Below, piece after piece: positions 17,638-26,757 of a stretch of 29,462 nucleotides of DNA. Under the pieces are notes generated by a model. That model saw nothing but the letters and a program-made list of their open reading frames with translations. It made no database searches and was not told the DNA's origin. Position numbers and translations under genes: made by a program. Source of the DNA: a bacterium (GTDB lineage Bacteria; Babelota; Babeliae; Babelales; JABCYS01); NCBI GenBank assembly GCA_027452085.1, contig DAIDHG010000008.1, positions 1 through 29,462 on the forward strand, written 5' to 3'. The first letter of the stretch is position 1. Every line of letters begins with the position of its first letter.

Positions 17638-18342
17638 TTACTGATATTGGAAAAAATGGTTCTTACCCCAGCCCCATACATTTGCAGCTATATGCAGTTT
17701 ATCTAAATAAACCACCTGTATATTATGCTCTGAGCGTGCACGAATAAGATAATTTCCCATCAACGTCTCGATGCACACAAGATCTTTTTCCATTTTTTCC
17801 AAATTAATGCTTTGCAAAAACTCTTTAAAATATTTGCCGCGAAGCGCAAAGCAGCCCGTAAGGATATTGCCATTTTTTTCAACACGCACGACAGCATCTG
17901 CATCTGGATTATTTTCTACTTCATTCAAAAAATTACGTGAGGCAAAATAGTACCTACCAGTCATCTTAATAATCATATCATCATCATGAAAATTAAAATG
18001 ATTAAAGGCAGCGATGAGCGATTTAGCCTCATTGACCCCTTTATTGAGCAAACGGGCATCATTTACACATGAATAGAGAACATTAGATGAATAATCATCC
18101 AAAAATGTTGGCCCAGATGATCTGACCGAATCTACGATACAGGGGTTTTGATAGCCATATTTTTTCAGAATATCGATGCAGGTAATGTAGTGGCCTTTGC
18201 GCACCTCAAATTCATTCTCCAGCAATGCCGCAGATAGTATTATTTTAATCGGTCGAGCATCCTGTTGTTCTGCCTGGGCCGCGGCCAACATTGAAATACC
18301 GAGTAGAACGAGCAATCTGGTTTTCATACTCATCCGATTCAT
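17638..18342 (-). CDS. Hypothetical exported protein, KxTGRY family, paralog 2
   Basis: NKGVNEA, DDDMIIKMTGRYYF and CIE. Leader MKTRLLVLLGISMLAAAQA. The start could be any of three nearby Met codons. Confidence 0.65.
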   Translation of the reverse strand: MNRMSMKTRLLVLLGISMLAAAQAEQQDARPIKIILSAALLENEFEVRKGHYITCIDILKKYGYQNPCIVDSVRSSGPTFLDDYSSNVLYSCVNDARLLNKGVNEAKSLIAAFNHFNFHDDDMIIKMTGRYYFASRNFLNEVENNPDADAVVRVEKNGNILTGCFALRGKYFKEFLQSINLEKMEKDLVCIETLMGNYLIRARSEHNIQVVYLDKLHIAANVWGWGKNHFFQYQ

Positions 18343-19025
18343 GAGACATTAATATCATCTAATCGCCACAGTGCCAGCGATTTATGATGCATGCCCTCAT
18401 CAATAATTTTTATGGGCTCTGGCAAATTAAATGGCGCAGATAATAAATTGAGGCGACGCCATGAATACCCTTGTCTGGTTGAGCCCACATCACAATTTTC
18501 TTTGGTTTCCATGAAGTTAGTGGCTAATAAATATTTGGCGCCACTGCGCTTGAAATTGCGCAACGCTTGTTTGATAGTATCAAACGATAGATGCACCAGG
18601 CAATCACGGCACAAAATTAAATCTGCCTTTGGCAAATCATCTGTGGCTATATTTGCCTGCACAAAACGAACATTTGCATTGCCATACTGTTTTTCATTCT
18701 CGGCGATCATCTGTGGCACTATATCAGCGCCGATATAGTTGGCTAACACATCGCTGAGATTAATTTCTTTCATCCAATGAAAATCACCGCATGGGGCATC
18801 GAGCAAGGAGCTGATTTGTAGTTCACGGCAGAGCTCTGGCAACTCTTGGCGCACTCGTTCAGTTTCAGCCAATGATGAGCCAGCCCCTGAAGCTGATTCG
18901 CCGTGCCCCCAGGTTCGTCGATCGTAAATATCAGTAAAGATAGCCTCTATGCCACCGCGACTACTGTTGTATACGATACATGCAATCATGCTCAGACTAG
19001 CGACGAATAAACCTTTTTTTAGCAT
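18339..19025 (-). CDS. Class I SAM-dependent methyltransferase (likely glycan O-methyltransferase) with N-terminal hydrophobic leader
   Basis: FTDIY..WG..ESASGAGS, LLDAPCGDFHW, YIGADIV and DLILCRDCLVHL. Leader MLKKGLFVASLSMIACIVY. Confidence 0.8.
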   Translation of the reverse strand: MLKKGLFVASLSMIACIVYNSSRGGIEAIFTDIYDRRTWGHGESASGAGSSLAETERVRQELPELCRELQISSLLDAPCGDFHWMKEINLSDVLANYIGADIVPQMIAENEKQYGNANVRFVQANIATDDLPKADLILCRDCLVHLSFDTIKQALRNFKRSGAKYLLATNFMETKENCDVGSTRQGYSWRRLNLLSAPFNLPEPIKIIDEGMHHKSLALWRLDDINVS

Positions 19026-19926
19026 GGGGTCCTTTAGTAGGATGATTTTTAAAATTGCTCGATAAGCTAGTACAGGCTTCTACAAAGTGCAAATCAGACT
19101 CGAGATTGGGTAACTTATCCAAACGACCATAGCGCTTCTTTGAACGAATTTGTTTATCAATTCTGCTTTGCAAACCAGCATCAACCCGCACATCGCTGAT
19201 ACTATTGGTGTTGTTGTATAAATATAAAATATCTGAAATGAAGGCATGGCGCTCTTGTGCCATTTCCAACATAGGAAGCATAAAAGCAAGATCCCAGGTC
19301 ATGGTGTAAAAGTCGCCTTCATCCATCAAATCATCTGCTTTAATGAGCTTAAAGAGCCCTGCATAAAAGGTTCTCAGATGGGAGGCACCAACATGCTTAT
19401 AGGAACGAAAAGCATTGGAAGCCACAATTTTAGCAGGAAAAGCTTTGCAGAAATGATTGTCGGCTTTGTTTGGCCAATACAAAAACTGACCGTAGGTAAG
19501 CCATACGTTCTTTTTACTATACTCTTTTTCTAATCGCTCGAGCACTTGATCATGAGCCAGAAAGTCATCACCATCGAGGGTGACTACCACGGTCGCATCA
19601 GGGCACCCATGAATTGCATGATATAAATTTGCAAGTGCACCTCGCCGCTGCTTATTATGAATGACCGTTACTTTGTCTTGCAGATTTTTCTGCTCAACAA
19701 ATGAATCAATGAGCATCCCGGTAAAATCGGTAGAGCAGTCATCAATATAGGTGATATGAAAATCATGATGCTTTTGATTCACGGCTGATCGCAGATTATC
19801 GATGCACCACTTTTCGTTATTATATGATGGAATGATAATCTCAAAGGTACTACATTCAGTTACCAGTGACCACATACAGCCAGCCAACAACCCAAGGTAA
19901 AACGTTTGAATAGAGCTTGAAATCAT
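18997..19926 (-). CDS. GT2 family glycosyltransferase with N-terminal hydrophobic leader
   Basis: IIIPSYNN, IDDCSTD, TLDGDDFL, HLRTF and WDLAFMLPMLEMA. Confidence 0.85.
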   Translation of the reverse strand: MISSSIQTFYLGLLAGCMWSLVTECSTFEIIIPSYNNEKWCIDNLRSAVNQKHHDFHITYIDDCSTDFTGMLIDSFVEQKNLQDKVTVIHNKQRRGALANLYHAIHGCPDATVVVTLDGDDFLAHDQVLERLEKEYSKKNVWLTYGQFLYWPNKADNHFCKAFPAKIVASNAFRSYKHVGASHLRTFYAGLFKLIKADDLMDEGDFYTMTWDLAFMLPMLEMAQERHAFISDILYLYNNTNSISDVRVDAGLQSRIDKQIRSKKRYGRLDKLPNLESDLHFVEACTSLSSNFKNHPTKGPHAKKRFIRR

Positions 19927-19942
19927 TACATACTCCTTGTTT

Positions 19943-20839
19943 TTAGTTCATCTCTTGCAAAAACTGTTGATAATAAACTACATTTTCTTGATAGGCTGCA
20001 CAGCATTTTTTCCTGTGCGATTCATTCGTTATTTCTTCAAACGTCGGCATGCCGTGTTTATCAACTTTATATTGATGTTGTTGTTTCATAAAACCGGTGC
20101 TTTCGAGCGCTACGCCATGCCAAATATGGGTGCCATTTTTATCTTTGAGCTCAGACCATTCTTTGGCCCCGGTAAAATCCTTGCCCAATGCCTGCCAATG
20201 TAATGCTTCTGGCTTGTTATCGATGCCAAGATAAGCGCAGAGGTCTGCCAACGCAGGCTCGGCATTGTCATACAAATCTTCTGCTCGCACAATATACGGT
20301 GTGCGCACGCCATTATCCTTTATATGCGTGTAGACTCGGTAGCATGATTTATAGCCAACGAGAAAAGAGAATGGTCGATACAACTGGTCAATAGAACCTA
20401 TTTTTTTATAGTAGGAAAGTATGGTGCGATGTGGATCACGCACTAAAAAGACAAAATAAACATTTGGATTGGTAACCAATTCAGCATCATTTAAAAGAAA
20501 ATTACATACCGCTGTGCCCATTTCTTTTACAAAAACATTTGACTCTTCAGCTCGTTTGAAAATTTCTGCTTTCACTTCAGCATATGTTTTTGGTGGCTGC
20601 TCTTTACCTTTGAAATTTGCCAATACATATGTACGACCTTCGCTCAAATGCCAGGCAATCTGTGACGGCTCATTCATGATGAGAAAATCTTTACGCGCCT
20701 CCATCATGCGCAAAAATGCTGTCGACAATGAGCGCGGCGGTGCAATGAGTATCACAATCTTGTGAGGGTGCGCTTGAAGAATTGCACCGTATATAAAGAC
20801 ACAGAAAAGCAGTAGGCGTTTACCAGATACCATTACCAT
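19943..20839 (-). CDS. Sulfotransferase-family protein with signal peptide
   Basis: 5'-PSB-like loop APPRSLSTAFLR, NEP, VFVKEM, FLVRDP..TILS (3'-PB-like) and AEDL. Leader MVSGKRLLLFCVFIYGAILQA. Confidence 0.7.
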   Translation of the reverse strand: MVMVSGKRLLLFCVFIYGAILQAHPHKIVILIAPPRSLSTAFLRMMEARKDFLIMNEPSQIAWHLSEGRTYVLANFKGKEQPPKTYAEVKAEIFKRAEESNVFVKEMGTAVCNFLLNDAELVTNPNVYFVFLVRDPHRTILSYYKKIGSIDQLYRPFSFLVGYKSCYRVYTHIKDNGVRTPYIVRAEDLYDNAEPALADLCAYLGIDNKPEALHWQALGKDFTGAKEWSELKDKNGTHIWHGVALESTGFMKQQHQYKVDKHGMPTFEEITNESHRKKCCAAYQENVVYYQQFLQEMN

Positions 20840-20912
20840 CTCCTTGTTCTAAAATACCATTATCCAATCTATACCCAATTTCTCTTAATGAGTGAAGCCC
20901 GCAGGCGTTGGG

Positions 20913-22889
20913 TTAGAGCACGTCGGTTGCTAAAACGTTTTGGAGCACCCATAAATACAACGAACTATCTTGATCAGCCTGTGTTTTTAAAAATAGCTGC
21001 TCGATCTCATCTACCCGCATAAATTGTTGTAACGATTCTTTTTTTGTGGCTAAAAGATCGCCAAAATAAGATCTGAAATAGGCACCCTGCTTAAACCAGC
21101 GCTTGGTCGGAGCGGCAAAGCCCATTTTGGTGCGATAAATCACGTCGTGCGGCAAAATACCCTCACATGCTTTTTTAAGAATATATTTGGTTTCACCGTT
21201 TCTATATTTTAGATGTGCCGGTATCTGAAAGGCAAACTCAACCAAATGATGATCTAAGAAAGGCACGCGCCCTTCTACCGAAGTAGCCATTGTCATCTTA
21301 TCGCATCGCATCAAAAGTAGCTCAGGCAAACGATGCTTAAATTCCAAATAGGTCATTGATTTAAGGAAGTCAGCCCTTGGATCGTGCTTATATAGTTGTT
21401 TCAAATGATAATCCACGATGGCATAGCTATCATATGCTTGGCTCAGCCCGGGGTATATTTGAGCAATAATTGGATCAACATCTTGCCCCACAGGTGCTGC
21501 ATGTGAAGTCTCGTTGCGCTGCCACAGGCTGCGTTTATATGTTTCTGGAAATGCCATAGCGCCCGTCCAGAAAAAATGGCGATCTGATATCCAACGGTTC
21601 AACAGATCTTGATAAAGCATATTGTTACCCACCAAGGGCTTTGCCAGCAAACTAGCCAATGGTCGAGCAAACGGTGGTATTAATTTTGTGGCAGGCTGCC
21701 AGTAGTTATTATACGAATCTATATATGAGCCATAGGTCTTATAACCGCAAAAGAGCTCATCCGAGCCTTCGCCGACTTGTACCACCACCACCCCACTATC
21801 GCGCAATAATTTCGACACGTAATAAAGTGGCACGCACACACAATCAGCCAATGGCTCATCTTGATGGTGAACCATAGTCGTGAAGAAATCGAATGCATCT
21901 TTTTCATTAATTTCGATCTCATAATGCTCGGTATTAAATGCTTGAGATACTTTGCGTGCCCATTCAACCTCACTGAGCTCAGGGCCATCAGAGAAGGACA
22001 CATTAAATGTCTTCACCTTATCCGTGCATTCAGACATTAATGCCACATTTAAGCTCGAGTCGATGCCTCCTGAGAGAAAAACGCCATATGGCACATCAGA
22101 CATCAGCTGTTGCTTGATCGATCGGCGCAGCATGCGGCGAATCGTATCAATGCAAAATTGCTCGTTATTCAAATCCCGAGGATCATACACCGTTGTCGGT
22201 TGCGCAGGGTTGTACCATTCGTGAAATGATACGGCACGTGCAGCATCAATTTTCATATAAAAACCAGCCGGCAGCTTATATACGCCGTCATAGATCGTCA
22301 TGGGCGCTGGCGTCACCATATAGGTTAAATAATGATACAGCCCCTTTGGATTTAATTTTTTTTCTATCCATGGCAACGGCCACAAGGTTTTGATTTCGGA
22401 TGCAAAACTTAAAACACCACCCTGCAGTGAGAAATAGAGTGGCTTAATGCCAATGCGATCACGCACTAAGAAGATCTCATCGTTGACCGTGTCATAAAGT
22501 GCAAAGGCAAACATGCCCTCAAATCGTTCAAGCGCTTTAAGGCCCCAGGCATCAAATGCATACAGAATAGTTTCGGTATCAGTCGCCGAAAAATAGCGAT
22601 AGCCTAGCTGCTCTAACTCTTGGCGCAACTGGGGCGAATTATATATTTCACCATTATATGAAATAACCCACCTACCATCGTGCGTGACCATCGGCTGCGC
22701 CCCATTTTCTCGTAGATCTACAATACTTAAACGTCGGTGTGTGAACCCCAACTGTTTGTTGTGCGAGATCCAATGCCGATACCCATTCGGGCCCCGATGG
22801 ATCATGCTGTGCTGCATACGATCCAATAATCGTTCATCGGCTTGAAACGATGGTTGAGTGAGATTTAAAAATCCGGCAATGCCACACAT
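20913..22889 (-). CDS. asnB: Asparagine synthase (glutamine-hydrolysing) family amidotransferase
   Basis: N-terminal MCGIAG, HRGP, RRLSIVDL, QPM, NGEIYN, TDTE, RDRIGIKPLY, FLSGGIDSS, GEGSDELF, EGRVPFLD and KMGF. Confidence 0.93.
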   Translation of the reverse strand: MCGIAGFLNLTQPSFQADERLLDRMQHSMIHRGPNGYRHWISHNKQLGFTHRRLSIVDLRENGAQPMVTHDGRWVISYNGEIYNSPQLRQELEQLGYRYFSATDTETILYAFDAWGLKALERFEGMFAFALYDTVNDEIFLVRDRIGIKPLYFSLQGGVLSFASEIKTLWPLPWIEKKLNPKGLYHYLTYMVTPAPMTIYDGVYKLPAGFYMKIDAARAVSFHEWYNPAQPTTVYDPRDLNNEQFCIDTIRRMLRRSIKQQLMSDVPYGVFLSGGIDSSLNVALMSECTDKVKTFNVSFSDGPELSEVEWARKVSQAFNTEHYEIEINEKDAFDFFTTMVHHQDEPLADCVCVPLYYVSKLLRDSGVVVVQVGEGSDELFCGYKTYGSYIDSYNNYWQPATKLIPPFARPLASLLAKPLVGNNMLYQDLLNRWISDRHFFWTGAMAFPETYKRSLWQRNETSHAAPVGQDVDPIIAQIYPGLSQAYDSYAIVDYHLKQLYKHDPRADFLKSMTYLEFKHRLPELLLMRCDKMTMATSVEGRVPFLDHHLVEFAFQIPAHLKYRNGETKYILKKACEGILPHDVIYRTKMGFAAPTKRWFKQGAYFRSYFGDLLATKKESLQQFMRVDEIEQLFLKTQADQDSSLYLWVLQNVLATDVL

Positions 22890-23001
22890 AGGTTATTTTC
22901 CTCATAGATTCCGACAGGCAATCTAACATTAAGCATCAAAAGCTTGAACATGTCTTGATATCACCTATGCTCTTATCTTAAGAACTTTACCAAGGAATTG
23001 T

Positions 23002-24774
23002 ATGATTGCGGAACTCAAGCTCATGTATGCAGCGCTCGGCGCAAGCAATAAACGGCGCTTATATATGCTGCTCCTGGTAGCAGCTCTCTTCACGCTTCTT
23101 GATTTCATCAGCACCGTCTCATTAATGCCTTTTATCACCTTTTTGCTCGCGCCTGAAAAACTCGGAGGCACCCTGTTTGCTCATATATTTTCACTCTATG
23201 GCGATCTGCACACCGGCCGTGTGTTATTGATCTATGGTGGTTCACTCATTCTATTACAATGCGCCCGCATGATTGGATCAGTTTTCGTGGCATATCGGCT
23301 CAATAGTTTTAGCTATGAGCGGTTCAAGGAAGTGGCCGGAGCAACCTTTGTGCGCTTTTTAAACTTTTCATACGAAGAATATGCAGCAACCAATCCCGCT
23401 TCATTCTGGCGGCTCATCAATCAAGACTGCATGCAATACGGCAATATTTTTTATTACATCATGCAGCTTATTATAGATGTAAGTGCGTTTGCCTGTGTCT
23501 TTGCGTTATTGCTCTGGGCAAATTTTACATTAACCCTCGCGCTCACCGCTTTGGCCGGTTTATTAGCCCTATTTATGCGCCCGCTGAACAGATTGGTAGC
23601 GGCAGCTGGCGCCTTACTGGCCAGTTCGTGGGAAGAATGCAATCGTGCGGTAAATGAGACCCATGGAAACTTTAAAATCATGCGGTTAGTTGGCGGTGAA
23701 GAGCAAGCAGTTGGTCGCTTTAATCAGGCAGCTCATGGCGTTACTCGATCAATTGCCGGCTTGATGACCTGGCAAACAACGCCGCGGGTGGCATTTGAAG
23801 GCATCATCATTGTGCTGTTCATTCTTGTCGCCTGCATCATATCCTATTTCTTTAACGGCATAGATGTTACCTCACCGCTCTTTTCAATGTACGCAATTGC
23901 CGTAAATAAATTTGTGCCCGCCATAAATCGCATGCTATACAACTATCAGCAGCTTAACTATTCGCTCGGCGCCATAAAAAAGGGCATGGATGAACTGATG
24001 CGCCATACGGAAATAAAAAATATGCCCAAACGGCAAAGGGTTGCTCCGCTTCCTTTTAACCATGCGCTCACGTGCAAAGATCTCAGCTTCACCTTTGCCG
24101 GCCAGCGGCAACCACTCTTTGATCATCTCTCACTTACCGTTTACAAAGGTGAGCGGGTTGCCATTATCGGTAAAAGCGGCGCCGGCAAAAGCACCTTGAT
24201 CGATCTATTAATTGGTCTGCAGCAACCCACTGCCGGTACGCTGCACCTTGACGATACGCAGCTTTCAAAAGAGCTGCTCCCACGCTGGTGGCGCATGATC
24301 GGCTATATACCACAGCACATTTACTTAAGCGATGGCACCGTGCGCGATAATATTGTGCTTGGCCGTGCCGTGGATGAATCTGAGCTCATTGCGTGTTTAA
24401 AAAAAGCAAAAGCTCTGGATTTTTTGCAAACAAAAGATGGGCTTGATACACGCGTCGGCGAAAGTGGTTTTCAATTAAGTGGCGGCCAAAAACAGCGTAT
24501 TGCCTTAGCTCGCGCATTGTATGGCTCACCTTCGTTATTGATTTTGGATGAAGGCACCTCTGCACTTGATCAAGAAACTGAAGGACAAGTACTCGAAGAG
24601 ATTTTAGCCTTATCGCGCGATACAACCGTGCTCATGGTTACGCATCGGCCATCGATATTAAGCAAATGCGATCGTGTGCTACAGATCGAAGAGGGTATGA
24701 TACACGAGATGGGCTATGCCGATATGATTGCATCAGTTACGGGCAACCGCGGCACGCCTGCTGCTGAGCGTTAA
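23002..24774 (+). CDS. ABC exporter, fused TMD+NBD (PglK/MsbA-like)
   Basis: N-terminal transmembrane helices, Walker A GKSGAGKST, Q-loop YIPQ, signature LSGGQKQR, Walker B LILDE, SALD and H-loop VTHR. Confidence 0.9.
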   Translation: MIAELKLMYAALGASNKRRLYMLLLVAALFTLLDFISTVSLMPFITFLLAPEKLGGTLFAHIFSLYGDLHTGRVLLIYGGSLILLQCARMIGSVFVAYRLNSFSYERFKEVAGATFVRFLNFSYEEYAATNPASFWRLINQDCMQYGNIFYYIMQLIIDVSAFACVFALLLWANFTLTLALTALAGLLALFMRPLNRLVAAAGALLASSWEECNRAVNETHGNFKIMRLVGGEEQAVGRFNQAAHGVTRSIAGLMTWQTTPRVAFEGIIIVLFILVACIISYFFNGIDVTSPLFSMYAIAVNKFVPAINRMLYNYQQLNYSLGAIKKGMDELMRHTEIKNMPKRQRVAPLPFNHALTCKDLSFTFAGQRQPLFDHLSLTVYKGERVAIIGKSGAGKSTLIDLLIGLQQPTAGTLHLDDTQLSKELLPRWWRMIGYIPQHIYLSDGTVRDNIVLGRAVDESELIACLKKAKALDFLQTKDGLDTRVGESGFQLSGGQKQRIALARALYGSPSLLILDEGTSALDQETEGQVLEEILALSRDTTVLMVTHRPSILSKCDRVLQIEEGMIHEMGYADMIASVTGNRGTPAAER

Positions 24775-25702
24775 TCAGGTCAGCCCAATACGCAAAGGTG
24801 ATCTTCTCCATTGCGTATACCCCACGTGATCGATTGCACTCAAGCTCTTCATATTTTTCTGCCAAAAAAGGCTCAGTAATTTCATGCCAATCATTAATAA
24901 GCACCACTGGCAAATCAGCAAATAGTTGATCTAATGCTGAATGGCGCACTATTGGATACGACCCTACATACAATGCTTCCCACGTGCGATGACAATCTTC
25001 ACCGTTGCCGGGCGGGCTCAATACGAATTTTGATTCCGCAACATCGACAAGATATTCATCAAGATCTTTGCGCTCGGTGGCAAAATAACAATACGGCTGT
25101 TTTTTAAAATAATCATAAATAGGTTGTCGCTCCTGGGGGTTGGAGGTGCCCACCCGGAAATTGCCATACAAAAGATGTTTTTTTTCAAACCCCCGATTGG
25201 ATTGAGTGACTTTACTAATTTTTTCTGGATATTTGCTGCCCCAATGTTCATTTTGCAAACCAATAGGCAACGGAATGAGCTTTGGATGGCGGCAATCAAC
25301 ATTCTGGCCAAACCAGGCAACAATCTTTGGGTCATCCAAAAACAGTGAAAAATCCCTGCGCGGATATTCGCCCATGGCCGTATGGCTGTGTGGCACACTA
25401 CGATCGCAATTATGAGTTACCAAAATATATGGATGCTGAATGCGTGGATGAACGGTATCGAAAAAGGCATCAAGATACACACCAGAGACAAAAACCGTGT
25501 CACCGCGTTGCACCGCCTGTGGGTCAAACGAGCGCTGTGTTTCATCAAAGATATGGTTGCACAATGCACGAAAATTATCGCCAGAGATAAATGGCGCTAT
25601 GGCTGCTGGGCGCTCCTTAGGCTTTTGCGCACGTGCCACATACTGCATACTCACAGCCCCGACAGCCAATAAAAGAGCTGCCAAAAAGAATAGTTTTTTC
25701 AC
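24737..25702 (-). CDS. Exostosin/GT47-like glycosyltransferase, paralog 3, with signal peptide
   Basis: Start reassigned to GTG 25702 after GAGGT. SKFVLSPPGNGEDCHRTWEALYVGSYPIV and ISGDNFRALC. Leader (M)KKLFFLAALLLAVGAVSMQYVARA. Confidence 0.75.
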   Translation of the reverse strand: MKKLFFLAALLLAVGAVSMQYVARAQKPKERPAAIAPFISGDNFRALCNHIFDETQRSFDPQAVQRGDTVFVSGVYLDAFFDTVHPRIQHPYILVTHNCDRSVPHSHTAMGEYPRRDFSLFLDDPKIVAWFGQNVDCRHPKLIPLPIGLQNEHWGSKYPEKISKVTQSNRGFEKKHLLYGNFRVGTSNPQERQPIYDYFKKQPYCYFATERKDLDEYLVDVAESKFVLSPPGNGEDCHRTWEALYVGSYPIVRHSALDQLFADLPVVLINDWHEITEPFLAEKYEELECNRSRGVYAMEKITFAYWADLINAQQQACRGCP

Positions 25703-25771
25703 ACCTGTTACCTCGAAATCTTTAGCACAGCCTGTCAGTGATGCGATGTATGTCAAGAAAAATCTATTTTC

Positions 25772-25800
25772 TTGCTTGAGTGCGCAAGCGATGCTATCGT
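25772..25800 (+). promoter_or_regulatory. Candidate sigma70 promoter for the GT2-cupin-glyA operon
   Basis: TTGCTT, 17-nt spacer, TATCGT preceded by an extended TGn motif. Confidence 0.4.
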
Positions 25801-25839
25801 GTGCTTTTAAAAGTTGACACTCAATTTCGGATTACACAC

Positions 25840-26757
25840 GTGAAAAAGCTCATTTCAATTATATTGCCGGTATATAATGAAGAAAAAAATCTTCCGTTAT
25901 TGTATGCAGCTTTGAGCAAAACACTCAACATGCTACCGGCATATGAATTTGAGATTATCTTTATAAATGATGGCAGCCGCGACAATTCGTGGAACCTTAT
26001 TAAACAATTGGCCGCACAAGACCTGCGCATTTCAGGCATCAATTTCAGTCGCAATTTCAGCCAACAAATGGCGCTCACCGCTGGTTATCATGCTGCTCGT
26101 GGCGATGCTATTATCACAATGGATACCGACATGCAAAACCCGCCCTCCTTAATTGGTAACATGATCGATGCATGGTCTGCCGGCAACAAAATAGTATATG
26201 CTCGTCGCATCGCAAGCTCTGATCGCTGGCTCAAAAAAATCACTTCAAAGATGTTTAATGCGATCATAAGCTCCATTGCCGATATTGAGATGCCGCAACA
26301 CATTGGTTATTTCATTCTTGTCGATCGTTGCGTGGCGGATATCATTAATACCATGCCCGAGCGATCACGCTTTCTGCGCGGGCTGATTGCATGGACAGGG
26401 TTTAAAAGCAGTTATATTGATTTTGAACAACCTGAACGAGCGCACGGCTCTACAGCTTATTCCTGGGCACAACTGTTTGGCATAGCGTTTGATGCGATTA
26501 TGGGGTTTTCGCGCCTGCCGGCCAGATTGCCACTTTATAGCGGTTTATGCTTTATGATTTTGTTAGCGCTCAGTTTCATATGGCCAGATTGGCAGCTGCC
26601 AATCATTGGTCTTGGCATTACGCTACAATTTGTTGTACTCTGGCTACTTGGAGAATATGTATCGCGCTCGTACAATCAACTACGCAACAGACCATTGTAT
26701 ATCGTTGCAGAAACAGTTGGCGCACAAAGCTTAATTGAAAAGAAAGGAAATTCATGA
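25840..26757 (+). CDS. GtrB/ArnC-like GT2 (polyprenol-phosphate glycosyltransferase)
   Basis: Likely start GTG 25840. ISIILPVYNEE, INDGSRD, SRNFSQQMALTAG, MDTDMQNPP, RFLRGL, two C-terminal TM segments and RPLYIV. Confidence 0.88.
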   Translation: MKKLISIILPVYNEEKNLPLLYAALSKTLNMLPAYEFEIIFINDGSRDNSWNLIKQLAAQDLRISGINFSRNFSQQMALTAGYHAARGDAIITMDTDMQNPPSLIGNMIDAWSAGNKIVYARRIASSDRWLKKITSKMFNAIISSIADIEMPQHIGYFILVDRCVADIINTMPERSRFLRGLIAWTGFKSSYIDFEQPERAHGSTAYSWAQLFGIAFDAIMGFSRLPARLPLYSGLCFMILLALSFIWPDWQLPIIGLGITLQFVVLWLLGEYVSRSYNQLRNRPLYIVAETVGAQSLIEKKGNS

